IMG/VR virus record: IMGVR_UViG_3300025770_000656 | DNA length: 64,000 bases | Source of the DNA: a virus | Direction: 5' to 3' (one strand) | Shown here: piece after piece, positions 19,307-29,618 of the stretch | Position numbering within the stretch: position 1 is the stretch's first letter | Layout of the letters: the number at the start of each line of letters is the position of its first letter | Position numbers and translations under genes: made by a program | The notes under the pieces: model-generated | Seen by the model: the letters and a program-made list of their open reading frames with translations, nothing else | The model's database searches: none | What the model was told of the DNA's origin: nothing

Positions 19307-19795
19307 ATGACAAAAAAACTTGAATCCCTATTTGACTTACCTGACGTTAAAGACGATGTTGATTACAGTGCTAATGGCATTGAAACTCATGTAACAGCGG
19401 ACGATTTGCCTGTTATAAGGAATACATTGGACGCTGTAGACAAGATTGATGCAGCTCTGCCAACTATTAGAGACTTGGAAACTAGTGACAAAGAGCTAGA
19501 CGATATCGCTGATACAGCAAAAAGTACTTTTCAAGATCTAATGGATCTGGGTATGAATGTAGAAGCAAGGTTTGCTGGTGAAATATTCAACAATGCTAGC
19601 AGGATGCTAGACACAGCTCTTACAGCAAAAAGCAATAAAATTAACAAAAAACTTAAAATGGTAGACCTACAACTAAAGAAAGCTAACTTGGACCTTAAGA
19701 AAGGCAACGAGAGCTATGGAGAAACAGCAGACGGAGATGGTGTCGTGCTGGATCGTAACACATTATTGCAAGAAATTTTAGGCAAAAAATCATAA
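19307..19795 (+). CDS. helical protein, possible small terminase subunit
   Basis: 162 aa coiled-coil-like protein in the packaging region; the assignment is positional inference. Confidence 0.35.
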   Translation: MTKKLESLFDLPDVKDDVDYSANGIETHVTADDLPVIRNTLDAVDKIDAALPTIRDLETSDKELDDIADTAKSTFQDLMDLGMNVEARFAGEIFNNASRMLDTALTAKSNKINKKLKMVDLQLKKANLDLKKGNESYGETADGDGVVLDRNTLLQEILGKKS

Positions 19796-19815
19796 ATATA
19801 ATATAGGATGATAAT

Positions 19816-20319
19816 ATGAAAAGTTTGAAAACATACCTTACAGAGAGTGAGCGCACTTATAGTTTTAGATTAAAGCTAGCTGAAAAGTGTGATGACGAGA
19901 CCATGGATAAACTAGAACTAGCTCTAGAAAAATATGAGCTTAAGAGCTTATCCAAACCTAAACGTACTCCAGTACAAGAACATCCAATGGATTTTCAAAC
20001 ATTACAAAATTCAGAAGTCCATATTATGGATGCTGAAGTAAGTTACCCTGTTACAGCGCATCAACTTTACACTTATATTAGTGAAGTAGTTGGTATTCCA
20101 GAGAGTCACTTAGTAGTTATTAACAAAGATCATCCAGAAGAAATAGCTCGTGAGGAAGCACTCAAAGAAGAGGGTGACGAATATACTTCTAAACTTGAAG
20201 ATGCCGATTACAAGGATGCATCTGATGCTAAGTCAGAAGAATCTTTTGGCGACAAATACAACGAGAACATGTTAAAAGAACTAGAAACTCGCAAGTATGA
20301 GTTTGCAAAGGAAAAATAA
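19816..20319 (+). CDS. hypothetical late protein
   Basis: 167 aa; late promoter CATAAATA at 19791. Confidence 0.65.
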   Translation: MKSLKTYLTESERTYSFRLKLAEKCDDETMDKLELALEKYELKSLSKPKRTPVQEHPMDFQTLQNSEVHIMDAEVSYPVTAHQLYTYISEVVGIPESHLVVINKDHPEEIAREEALKEEGDEYTSKLEDADYKDASDAKSEESFGDKYNENMLKELETRKYEFAKEK

Positions 20320-20320
20320 A

Positions 20321-21202
20321 ATGCATATGATAGACGTAATGAGCAAGCTCAAAGAGATTGCAGAAGGTGGCTACGACAATGAAGATATTCAGCGTGGTAT
20401 TGACGCAGCTGGAATCCATAAAGTTTCTGAAGATGAAACAATGGAAGGTAAGTCACAAGGCAAGGCTTGGTATCGCGAACAAGAAGCACAAGAGATGGCT
20501 AAAAAAGATGGAAAAGACTGGAGTCGGATGACATATGGCGATAAAGAAGATTATCGTGCAAAAGTCAAAGCTAAGTATGAAGATACAACAACTGAATCTG
20601 ATGAAAATGATATTTTAGAAGATGCAGATATAGAAGAAGTTCACGAAGCAGTAGAAGAAGATCACGATGAGTTAGCTGATATCCTCAAGCTCGCTGGTAA
20701 ATCCGGCGTTATTGGAATGGCCAAGCCGCAAACTATTATTGCCGAAGACATTGAGCTTGAAGAAGAAGAAATTGAAGAAACAGATTACGACACAACAGCT
20801 AATGAAGATTCTGCTGAAGCAGAAACTGCTATTAGTGAAGAAGAAATAGAAAAAGTTTTAAACGACGAACTAGAAGAAGAAGCTGTTGAAGAAACAGTTG
20901 AAGTTCCTGTTACAGCATTAGCAGACTTAATGAAGCTAGCTGGATATTCAAACTACGAAGAAAAAGTAGAAGAGTATGCCAACGAACCTACAGAAGACTA
21001 TATGGATGCTGAAGAGCAGTTAATTGGTCTCAGTGGTGGAATGAACGGTCCTAAGAAGGCCTATGCAGCAGCCGCTGGTGGCGATAACGCTATGTCACAG
21101 GAACCACGTGAGATTGAAGAATCAGACGTAGATCTTGAAACTACATTTGAGTCTTTTTACAAAAAGTATGACGCTTTTGTAGAAGACTTAAAGTCAGAAT
21201 AA
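20321..21202 (+). CDS. highly acidic protein, possible prohead core/scaffold
   Basis: Glu/Asp-rich, ATG at 20321 after AAGGA; DILKLAG and DLMKLAG repeats. Confidence 0.45.
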   Translation: MHMIDVMSKLKEIAEGGYDNEDIQRGIDAAGIHKVSEDETMEGKSQGKAWYREQEAQEMAKKDGKDWSRMTYGDKEDYRAKVKAKYEDTTTESDENDILEDADIEEVHEAVEEDHDELADILKLAGKSGVIGMAKPQTIIAEDIELEEEEIEETDYDTTANEDSAEAETAISEEEIEKVLNDELEEEAVEETVEVPVTALADLMKLAGYSNYEEKVEEYANEPTEDYMDAEEQLIGLSGGMNGPKKAYAAAAGGDNAMSQEPREIEESDVDLETTFESFYKKYDAFVEDLKSE

Positions 21203-21334
21203 GCAACATCTAAATTTTACTGATCCTTACACAAGATAGTAAAGCACGTATAAATCTGCTTGAATTGTTCCATTAAGTACTAGCAGTGATTTATAGAGTA
21301 AATACATCACGCTACAATCGGAAGGAGTAAGACC

Positions 21335-21505
21335 ATGGGAATTATAACTTGGGTCAAAGACCGTATTAGTGAAAGAACATCTTGGGACGGAGGAGTTTTA
21401 ATAGCTATATCTATTTTAGCACTTATCGCTAGCCCAATAATTAAATGGGTTGCCTATGCTGGGTTAGTATATGGCGCATGGACAATTATCTCAAAAGAAG
21501 ATTAA
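21335..21505 (+). CDS. small two-TM membrane protein (not in ORF track)
   Basis: 56 aa MGIITWVKDRISERTSWDGGVLIAISILALIASPIIKWVAYAGLVYGAWTIISKED with a strong AAGGAG RBS; followed by a terminator. Confidence 0.7.
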   Translation: MGIITWVKDRISERTSWDGGVLIAISILALIASPIIKWVAYAGLVYGAWTIISKED

Positions 21506-21521
21506 GCACATAAAAACTTGG

Positions 21522-21557
21522 AGAAGGGGGAGAATAAAAACTCCTCCTTTTCTTTTT
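21522..21557 (+). terminator. intrinsic terminator
   Basis: AGAAGGGGGAG...CTCCTCCTTTT followed by a T-run. Confidence 0.5.
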
Positions 21558-21572
21558 AGTGTAAATATTATT

Positions 21573-22007
21573 ATGAAGTATAACAGAGAAGTATACCACG
21601 AACCATTGCGACAAGTAATAAAAGAAACTTCAGTAGAAACTGGATATGTACTACCAGTTCAAATTGAAATGTATGTGATAGAGCTGTTAGTATATTACAT
21701 TGATAGACCAAACTTTTTACCTGAGCAAACGTTTACTGAATCATTATATAAACTTGACCATAGATCAAGTTTTTCAGCAAAAGATTTAGGCGATACGTGT
21801 TTATTTGTTACTGGAGTTTTTCCTAAGTATGGAAAAAAGTACGGGTTAAATAAGAGTTACTATAAAAATATTGGCAAAACTAGTTACGATCAAGCAAGCA
21901 GAATATTAAATCATGAACTTTTTTCTGCATTATGCACACATTTTGAAGTTATCGGTAAGTTTATTAATAAAGCTACAAACCCACGTCAAACACCACTAAT
22001 AGGATAA
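21573..22007 (+). CDS. hypothetical protein
   Basis: ATG 21573 (MKYNREV...); KDLGDTCLFVTGVFP...YYKNIGKTSY motif. Confidence 0.65.
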   Translation: MKYNREVYHEPLRQVIKETSVETGYVLPVQIEMYVIELLVYYIDRPNFLPEQTFTESLYKLDHRSSFSAKDLGDTCLFVTGVFPKYGKKYGLNKSYYKNIGKTSYDQASRILNHELFSALCTHFEVIGKFINKATNPRQTPLIG

Positions 22008-22009
22008 TT

Positions 22010-23575
22010 ATGTCAAAATCATTAGACGGCGTATTAATTAAGAAAGCAAATAAGCAAGAAACATATACTCGCGAGCAAATTGAAGACTTTGCTAAATGTG
22101 CTGACAGTACACATGGGCCTATGTACTTTCTTAATAACTACTTCCATATTCAGCATCCTGTCCAAGGACAACTGGTTTACAAGCCTTTTGACTATCAGGT
22201 AAAATTACTAGAAACATATCATAACTTTAGATTCAACGTTAATATGTTACCCAGGCAAACCGGCAAGACTACAACAGCAGCAGGATACCTGTTATGGCGA
22301 GCAATGTTTGTGCCTGATAGTATTATCCTAATTGCGGCACACAAGTATGCTGGTGCTCAGGAAATTATGCAACGTATACGCTATGCCTACGAACTATGCC
22401 CTAATTACATCAGAGCAGGTGCTACTAGTTACAACAAAGGAAGCATTGAATTTGATAATGGTAGTCGTATTGTAGCACAAGCAACTACTGATAATACTGG
22501 ACGAGGCATGTCCATCTCATTACTATACTGTGACGAGTTTGCGTTTGTGCGCCCTAGCATTGCTAGAGAGTTTTGGACCAGTATTTCTCCTACGCTAGCA
22601 ACTGGTGGTAGTGCTATTATTACTAGTACGCCAAACAGCGATGAAGATCAGTTTGCCATAATATGGCGTGATGCTAACAAGTGTTTTGATTCACACGGCA
22701 ATGAAACAGATATAGGTATAAATGGATTTAAATCATATCGTAGTTACTGGCAAGATCATCCAGACAGGGACGATATATGGAAACAAGAAGAGCTAGGGCG
22801 TATTGGCGAAGAGCGATTTAGACGTGAACATGAGTGTGAATTTATTATTAATGATGAAACACTAGTAGACAGTTTAGTACTAACTAATATGCATGGGTAT
22901 GATCCAATACAAAAACAAGGCACAGTACGATGGTATAAAATGCCAGAAAAGGGTATGACTTACATGGTAGCACTTGATCCTAGCTTGGGAACAGGTGGCG
23001 ATCCAGCGGCTATACAGGTTTTTGAAGCACCTAGCATGGAACAAGTAGCAGAATGGTGCCATAATAAGAGTGCTATTCCACAACAAATAGATATTCTTGT
23101 TAACATATGTAAATTTATAGCAGACGAAATACAAGCAGAAAATAGTGTTTACTATAGTGTAGAGAATAATACACTGGGAGAAGCAGCACTATTAAGCATT
23201 GCTGAACGTGGCGAGGACAGAATATCAGGCATTTTTCTAAGTGAAAGCAAAGTGCATGGTAACAGTAGACGATTTAGAAAAGGATTTAATACTACACAAC
23301 GAAGCAAGTTAACTTATTGCAGTAAGTTAAAAACACTGGTAGAAACAAATAGAATGAAGGTAAAAAGCAAACTATTAGTTAGCGAACTTAAAAATTTTAT
23401 TGCTAATGGTACTAGTTATGCTGCAAAAGCAGGTGAGACTGATGATCTTGTTATGGCAACTTTGTTAGCTGTACGTATGGCTAATGAAATAAAGAACTAT
23501 CTTCCTGACTTAGATAATGCTATGCGAGATGGCAGTGATCAAAACATACAACCCATGCCCTTTGTTATCATGTAA
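22010..23575 (+). CDS. gp17: terminase large subunit
   Basis: PRQTGKT Walker A, LYCDEFAF Walker B, ITSTPN motif III, nuclease ALDPS and DDLVMA; uninterrupted. Confidence 0.95.
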   Translation: MSKSLDGVLIKKANKQETYTREQIEDFAKCADSTHGPMYFLNNYFHIQHPVQGQLVYKPFDYQVKLLETYHNFRFNVNMLPRQTGKTTTAAGYLLWRAMFVPDSIILIAAHKYAGAQEIMQRIRYAYELCPNYIRAGATSYNKGSIEFDNGSRIVAQATTDNTGRGMSISLLYCDEFAFVRPSIAREFWTSISPTLATGGSAIITSTPNSDEDQFAIIWRDANKCFDSHGNETDIGINGFKSYRSYWQDHPDRDDIWKQEELGRIGEERFRREHECEFIINDETLVDSLVLTNMHGYDPIQKQGTVRWYKMPEKGMTYMVALDPSLGTGGDPAAIQVFEAPSMEQVAEWCHNKSAIPQQIDILVNICKFIADEIQAENSVYYSVENNTLGEAALLSIAERGEDRISGIFLSESKVHGNSRRFRKGFNTTQRSKLTYCSKLKTLVETNRMKVKSKLLVSELKNFIANGTSYAAKAGETDDLVMATLLAVRMANEIKNYLPDLDNAMRDGSDQNIQPMPFVIM

Positions 23576-23591
23576 GCATAAATACAATATA

Positions 23592-26309
23592 ATGGCAAAT
23601 ACAATATCACAAGATCTATTTAATAAAGTACGTGGACAATTCAGCAATATGACGCTGGGTCGCGCAGACGGACAGCAAACATTGGATGCTAAAGATGCAG
23701 TATTTTTTGAATTTGACTATGTTAAAAAAGGACAGAATCTAGGCAGCCTAGTAGTTAGTTTAGTAGATGATGGCGCACTAAAGGTATACTTTAATAATGA
23801 TATTGTAACAGAACAAGATCAAGAGACAACGCAGGGTTTTTATAATTTCCTAGAAAGTTTAAAAAAGTTTGCTGTTGGTAGGTTGCTTAATTATGAAGCA
23901 AAAAATATCAGCAAGTCCAGGTTAGATAAAAAAGATTTTGATTTTCTTGCCCAACAGAATAAGACAGAGGAAGAGCTTACCATGGAAAGCAAATTATACG
24001 GTAGCAGACAAAAAAGCTACCAGGATTTAAACGGAGCAAAACTTATTGTTCAGCATACTCAGTCAGTAGATGAAGAACGTCACGGTGCTAGAAGTAGGAA
24101 CATCAAGGCCATTTATATTGAAAATAGCGACGGAGAACGTTACAGATTTGAAAACAATTATCTCCCTGGCGCAAGGGCAATGGCTCGTCATGTTAGCAAC
24201 GGCGGGTATACCAAGGACGATCACGGCCAACACATTTCAGAGATCATGGCAGAAATGGGACAGCTAAAGACATTCGTTCGTGGAGTTAAGCGACAAGATT
24301 ACGTAAATGAAGATGCTCAAGATATTATTGAAAAAGCTACAGGTAGATATTACGGCCTTAAAAGCACACTAGAAAGTATTAGTAAGCAAAAAGGCTACCT
24401 AAACTACTTTGAAAACTTTGCTCCAGATGAAATTGATGTTACTGAAGATGACTTAAATGATATCAAAGCAAAACTTACACGTCAGGTGTTTGACGACAGG
24501 TTACAAGACAGTCTTGGTGCTGTGGGAAAAGCTATGAAATTGCAGGAAAAGAAGAGCGGTGATTTTTATGACTGGGACGATTGGTCAAGATCAGCGAAGC
24601 AAAATGGTGCAGAAATACAAGGTGATATTGATCACGCTGTAGCAGTAGTCGACGGAAAAGAGATTGGTGAATGGAACCAGGACGAACAAGACCGTACCGG
24701 CGATAAGATTGCTAGCAGATTTAAGAAGCCTGGTTATGGCGAACTTAATGTGGACGCTGTTGACCGTGATGATACCCCAGAGCGTGACTTCCAAATGCCA
24801 ACTGAGTTAAAACTTATTCCAGGTGAAATGGCGCCATTGAAGCAAGCATCAGATAAAAACGCAATTCTTCAACTAGTACTAGTAGATATTGCTGGTCGTG
24901 CAGTTGATGACGAAGTTAGTATTTTTGCAGCTGATATGGCAGACAAACTTGGTAGTGTTGGAACTCCTTTTGGACAGCGAATGACACCAGAATTTAAAGC
25001 ACAAAAGATAAAAGCTGTGGATTTAGCCAAGATGTACCTCAAACAGCATAGTGGTAAAAAAGCAGAGAGCGTTGAATCTGAAGAAGCTCCACGTAAACGC
25101 CCAGAAGATCCATTTGAATCATACCAGCAGTCCATGGAAGACATTGTTCTAGCAAAAGAAGCAAACGTTGATGAAGGTAAGTTGAAAGACTTAGTAATCA
25201 AAGGACAAGACCTTGAAGCATATGCTAAGAAGTATGGTGGTATAGACAAAAAAGATATGATGAAAGTTGCTGCAATGCTGAAAAAGGGTGACAAGTCTGG
25301 TGCATTAAAATATGTCAAAGCTTTGGATACAGACCCAAGAGATTATATCTTAGATTTAATGGATGAAGAAGTTGAAGTTAAAGAAAAGAAGGCTGTCAAG
25401 GACAAGGAAAACGTTGAAGAAGGTAGCTTTAATAAAGATGGAAGCTACAATACATCCGACGACGAAGCAAACGAGTTTGACGACTGGGATGACGACAGCG
25501 AAGATGATAAAGAAGCAATTGGCGAAACAATCCATGCTTGGTGGGAAACGCAAAAAGGTCCCGGCGGCATGGGAGGTCAGGTACTACGTTACTTTAAAAA
25601 GAATGAAGATTATGATCCTAATGCTGTAGGATTACGGAACGGCCCTTATTTTACACCAAGTCTTGATTGGTGGCCAAGTGTTGAAGACTTTGAACAAGGC
25701 AAGCAAGGCTTTAGCAACAAAACTAAAGACGATGCAGAAGGTTGGGAAATACATGATCTCAAATCAGACGCATTAGCTGCTATCAAAGGTACCGACGAAG
25801 GCATAGTTAAAGAAAAGAAGGCCAATGAAGACGAAGAAATTTTGGAATCTAAAATGATTTGTAAACATTGTGGTGACGAAATTTATAAACCAAAATCAGA
25901 TTGCCATTGTGATTGCAATGATCCACATGGTGATCATTGGCATATGATGGAAAACGAAGAAGCTGACGTTGTCGAAGGCAAGATGAGCGACATTGAACAG
26001 GAAGTTGAAGAAATGATCCAGGATGGTGCTGATGATACAGAGATTATGGCAAAGTTTCCTGGCATAGTTAGTCAAGAATACTTAGACGATATGAGAGCAG
26101 CTTCGGACGAAAAACAATATGACGATTACGAAATGGAAAGTCAAGTTGAAGAAGATGATGACATTGCATGGCTTAAAAGGGCAGCAGGCATTGGGTCAAA
26201 TACAATGAGCAATCACGGAATTCGAGAAGGTGAACAAGGATATCAGATTACACCAAGAAGCATAGTAGCAAGACAGATGCGTAAGTTACAGGACATAGAA
26301 AAAGTTTAA
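23592..26309 (+). CDS. large acidic late protein of unknown function
   Basis: ATG 23592 follows late promoter 23577; ~905 aa; acidic low-complexity C-half with a Cys/His cluster. Confidence 0.7.
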   Translation: MANTISQDLFNKVRGQFSNMTLGRADGQQTLDAKDAVFFEFDYVKKGQNLGSLVVSLVDDGALKVYFNNDIVTEQDQETTQGFYNFLESLKKFAVGRLLNYEAKNISKSRLDKKDFDFLAQQNKTEEELTMESKLYGSRQKSYQDLNGAKLIVQHTQSVDEERHGARSRNIKAIYIENSDGERYRFENNYLPGARAMARHVSNGGYTKDDHGQHISEIMAEMGQLKTFVRGVKRQDYVNEDAQDIIEKATGRYYGLKSTLESISKQKGYLNYFENFAPDEIDVTEDDLNDIKAKLTRQVFDDRLQDSLGAVGKAMKLQEKKSGDFYDWDDWSRSAKQNGAEIQGDIDHAVAVVDGKEIGEWNQDEQDRTGDKIASRFKKPGYGELNVDAVDRDDTPERDFQMPTELKLIPGEMAPLKQASDKNAILQLVLVDIAGRAVDDEVSIFAADMADKLGSVGTPFGQRMTPEFKAQKIKAVDLAKMYLKQHSGKKAESVESEEAPRKRPEDPFESYQQSMEDIVLAKEANVDEGKLKDLVIKGQDLEAYAKKYGGIDKKDMMKVAAMLKKGDKSGALKYVKALDTDPRDYILDLMDEEVEVKEKKAVKDKENVEEGSFNKDGSYNTSDDEANEFDDWDDDSEDDKEAIGETIHAWWETQKGPGGMGGQVLRYFKKNEDYDPNAVGLRNGPYFTPSLDWWPSVEDFEQGKQGFSNKTKDDAEGWEIHDLKSDALAAIKGTDEGIVKEKKANEDEEILESKMICKHCGDEIYKPKSDCHCDCNDPHGDHWHMMENEEADVVEGKMSDIEQEVEEMIQDGADDTEIMAKFPGIVSQEYLDDMRAASDEKQYDDYEMESQVEEDDDIAWLKRAAGIGSNTMSNHGIREGEQGYQITPRSIVARQMRKLQDIEKV

Positions 26310-26329
26310 AAAATATAAATTTACCTAAC

Positions 26330-26360
26330 AAGGGGAGCATTTATTGCTCCTCTTTTTTTT
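26330..26360 (+). terminator. intrinsic terminator
   Basis: AAGGGGAGCA...TGCTCCTCTT followed by a long T-run. Confidence 0.7.
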
Positions 26361-26500
26361 GAGCAAAAAACCATAAAAAATGCAATTAAAATATTGACTA
26401 GATAAATACATATGTTATATACTGTAGAGACAATAAAGACAGTATGTATCTTAGGCATACAAATAGGCTATAAACAATAGGCAAAGGAGAAATAGGCACT

Positions 26501-27532
26501 ATGGCATCATTAGCAGAAATCCGTGCAAAACTAAAAGCACAAGAATCACGCACAGAGCGTGGCGGCGGCGACAACGCAATTTACCCACATTGGAATATTC
26601 CAGAAGGATCAACGGCAGTAGTTCGTTTCCTACAGGATAGCGATGAGTCAAACACTTTCTTTTGGAAAGAACGTTTGATGATTCGGTTACCTTTTAACGG
26701 TGTAAAGGGTGGTGACATGAATAACAAAAATGTTGTTGTTCAAGTTCCATGCGTTGAAATGTGGAACGATACTTGCCCAGTACTTTCAGAAGTACGAGGG
26801 TGGTTTAAAGACAAGAGTCTAGAAGACATGGGTCGTAAGTATTGGAAGAAGCGTTCATATATTTTTCAGGGCTTTGTGAACGAAAACCCAATGACAGACG
26901 ATAACACACCAGACAGTCCAATCCGTCGGTTTGTTATTAGCCCAAGCATCTTTGGAATTATCAAGGACGCACTAATGGATCCAGATATCCAAGAGCTTCC
27001 CACTGATCCAGAGATGGGATTAGACTTCCGTATTACTAAAACCACAAAGGGACAGTATGCAGACTATTCCACTAGTAAATGGGCCCGCAAAGAAACTGCG
27101 CTAACAGCTGAACAGAAAGCAGCTATTGAAACCCATGGGTTACATAACCTATCTGACTTTCTACCAAAGCGTCCAGGCGAGGTAGAATTAAACGCTATCA
27201 AAGAGATGTTTGAAGCATCTGTAGATGGCGAAGCATATGACGTTGAGCGTTTTGGACAATACTATCGTCCATTCGGAGTTGATGCACCAGCAGGATCCTC
27301 AAGTACGTCTACACCTGCACCAGTAGCAACCCCAGCGTCAACAGCCGTTGACACCAGTACCAATACCAATACGGTAGCAGAAGGTCAAACTGAGGCTAAG
27401 CCAATTGAGGCTAAGCCAGTAACTGCTAGTACTGAATCGGCTCCTGCTCCAGTAGCAGCAGCGGCTGAAAAATCCGATGGTAAGAGTGCAGATGACATTC
27501 TTGCTATGATTCGTGCAAGGCAAAAAGCCTAA
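26501..27532 (+). CDS. gp32: single-stranded DNA-binding protein (T4 gp32-like)
   Basis: AVVRFL...CPVLSEVRGWFKD...KYWKKRSYIFQGFV...GLDFRITKT..GQYADYSTSKW; low-complexity tail. Confidence 0.85.
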   Translation: MASLAEIRAKLKAQESRTERGGGDNAIYPHWNIPEGSTAVVRFLQDSDESNTFFWKERLMIRLPFNGVKGGDMNNKNVVVQVPCVEMWNDTCPVLSEVRGWFKDKSLEDMGRKYWKKRSYIFQGFVNENPMTDDNTPDSPIRRFVISPSIFGIIKDALMDPDIQELPTDPEMGLDFRITKTTKGQYADYSTSKWARKETALTAEQKAAIETHGLHNLSDFLPKRPGEVELNAIKEMFEASVDGEAYDVERFGQYYRPFGVDAPAGSSSTSTPAPVATPASTAVDTSTNTNTVAEGQTEAKPIEAKPVTASTESAPAPVAAAAEKSDGKSADDILAMIRARQKA

Positions 27533-27541
27533 GTAATAACA

Positions 27542-27563
27542 GGGGAGGGGGAAACCTCTCCCC
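27542..27563 (+). terminator. GC-rich hairpin after the SSB gene
   Basis: GGGGAGGGG-GAAA-CCTCTCCCC; weak T-tract. Confidence 0.45.
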
Positions 27564-27587
27564 ATTATTACTTAATAGGATAGATTT

Positions 27588-28256
27588 GTGTTACTTGTAG
27601 GAGGCGACAGTTTTAGTTGTTGGCCATTGGAAGAAATGGATGGACATAGACGTAACTGTTGGCCAACTTTGTTAGCAGATTATCTAGATTTAGAACTAAC
27701 AGATTATAGTAGAGCAGGTTGTAGTAATGACCGCATATTTAGATATATTCTACCAAATATAACAGTAAACACTACGCTCGTAGTTGTATTATGGTCATCT
27801 ACTAACCGCTATGAATTTACTAACTCTAAAACAAGTAAAATAAAGTCCTTAATGCCTCGGGATAAGGAATATGTTGTTCAAGATTGGTATCTTAATTACT
27901 GCAGGACTTTATTGTATGCATTAAGTATATCCAATACATGCAAGTTAATGGGTGTACCTCTTATACAAAGATTACAATTCAACGCAGATTGCTGGTGGGA
28001 TAATACATTAGAATCCTTTAAAAAACAACTACGTAATAATTTACTGTTTGATAATTTACCAGATAATATGATACAAGAACGTTTTGACTATTTAAAATCT
28101 TTACATATCATGATAGATAGTGTAGACTTTAACAATAGTATACAGAGTTTTGTAGAAACGTCAGCAGAATATAAAGATCATCCAACTCCACGTGGACACA
28201 AACAAATTAGAGATAAAATTATAGAGGAAATAAAATGGCAAAACCTTTTGACGTAA
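27588..28256 (+). CDS. SGNH/GDSL-like protein (paralogue 1)
   Basis: GGDSFS...AGCSNDRIFR...WS...R...DHPTPRGH. Confidence 0.6.
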   Translation: MLLVGGDSFSCWPLEEMDGHRRNCWPTLLADYLDLELTDYSRAGCSNDRIFRYILPNITVNTTLVVVLWSSTNRYEFTNSKTSKIKSLMPRDKEYVVQDWYLNYCRTLLYALSISNTCKLMGVPLIQRLQFNADCWWDNTLESFKKQLRNNLLFDNLPDNMIQERFDYLKSLHIMIDSVDFNNSIQSFVETSAEYKDHPTPRGHKQIRDKIIEEIKWQNLLT

Positions 28257-29344
28257 GCAAGTTTCGCAAGGATATTACAAAGAGCATTGATGGCCTTAGT
28301 ATTGGCTTCCACGATCCTACTGACTGGATTAGTACTGGAAGTTATGCACTTAACTATCTTATTAGTGGCGACTTTCATAGAGGAGTCCCCATGGGAAAAG
28401 TTACAGTGTTTGCTGGAGAATCAGGTGCAGGTAAAAGTTACTTTGCTGCAGGCAACATTGTTAAAGCTGCACAAGAACAGGGTATCTTTGTTGTACTAAT
28501 TGATAGTGAAAACGCTCTTGACGAAACTTGGTTACGTGCATTGGGCGTTGACACTGATGAAGGTAAATTACTTAAACTATCAATGAGTATGATTGATGAC
28601 GTTGCTAAAACTATTAGTACGTTTATGAAAGATTACAAAGGCATGGAGGAAGAAGATCGTCCTAAAGTACTATTTGTAATTGACTCGCTGGGCATGCTAT
28701 TAACTCCTACAGATGTTGATCAGTTTGACAAAGGTGATATGAAGGGTGACATGGGCCGTAAACCTAAAGCACTAACGTCACTGGTACGTAATACTGTTAA
28801 TATGATTGGTAGTTATAACGTAGGAATGGTTTGTACTAACCACACTTATGCTTCGCAAGATATGTTTGATCCAGATGATAAAATTAGCGGCGGGCAAGGA
28901 TTTATCTATGCAAGTAGTATTGTTGTCGCTATGCGTAAACTTAAACTTAAAGAAGATTCAGACGGCAATAAAGTAAGTGACGTTATGGGCATTCGTGCAG
29001 CATGCAAAGTTATGAAGACACGCTACAGTAAGCCTTTTGAAGGTGTACAAGTTAAAATTCCATATGAAACAGGAATGGATCCTTATAGTGGGTTGTTAGA
29101 AATGTTTGAGAAAAAAGGTTTACTAACCAAACAAGGGAACCGTCTCAAATATACGCCAGCCTCAGGCGATGAAATGCTGGAGTTCCGCAAAGGATGGACA
29201 GGAGATAAGCTAGAAGTAATAATGGCAGATATTGTTGCTAGTGATGAACTAAATAGTACCGTAGAGGTTGACGGAAAAGTAAATGATCAACCACTTGATG
29301 ATTTGCCTGAACAGGGTGATTTAGACGAACAAGTAGAGGAATAG
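28235..29344 (+). CDS. uvsX: RecA-like recombinase UvsX
   Basis: GESGAGKS Walker A, VLIDSENA, VIDSLGML, NHTY, SGGQGFIYASS. Confidence 0.92.
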   Translation: MAKPFDVSKFRKDITKSIDGLSIGFHDPTDWISTGSYALNYLISGDFHRGVPMGKVTVFAGESGAGKSYFAAGNIVKAAQEQGIFVVLIDSENALDETWLRALGVDTDEGKLLKLSMSMIDDVAKTISTFMKDYKGMEEEDRPKVLFVIDSLGMLLTPTDVDQFDKGDMKGDMGRKPKALTSLVRNTVNMIGSYNVGMVCTNHTYASQDMFDPDDKISGGQGFIYASSIVVAMRKLKLKEDSDGNKVSDVMGIRAACKVMKTRYSKPFEGVQVKIPYETGMDPYSGLLEMFEKKGLLTKQGNRLKYTPASGDEMLEFRKGWTGDKLEVIMADIVASDELNSTVEVDGKVNDQPLDDLPEQGDLDEQVEE

Positions 29345-29349
29345 ATTGC

Positions 29350-29562
29350 ATGGATGATGAGCTCCTAGTAGAGACCTGGACAATTCTTAAAGAGTACATC
29401 AAAGACAAGCAAAGTGCGGCAGATCATTGGATTGGCGAACTAATTGATCTTGGTATTGGAGACGAAACTTTAGATTTACTAGCCGCACAAGACAAGTACT
29501 TAGCAAAAGCAGTGCAATACAATGATGACGATAGCGATCCGTATTACTATGACGATGAGTAA
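29350..29562 (+). CDS. small acidic hypothetical protein
   Basis: 70 aa with an AGGA RBS. Confidence 0.6.
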   Translation: MDDELLVETWTILKEYIKDKQSAADHWIGELIDLGIGDETLDLLAAQDKYLAKAVQYNDDDSDPYYYDDE

Positions 29563-29583
29563 CGCAACTTAGTCTAAGATGTG

Positions 29584-29612
29584 TTGACAAATTCACATTA
29601 AATGTATATAAT
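29584..29612 (+). promoter_or_regulatory. sigma70-type promoter
   Basis: TTGACA-N17-TATAAT upstream of the uvsY-like gene. Confidence 0.6.
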
Positions 29613-29618
29613 ACTACT

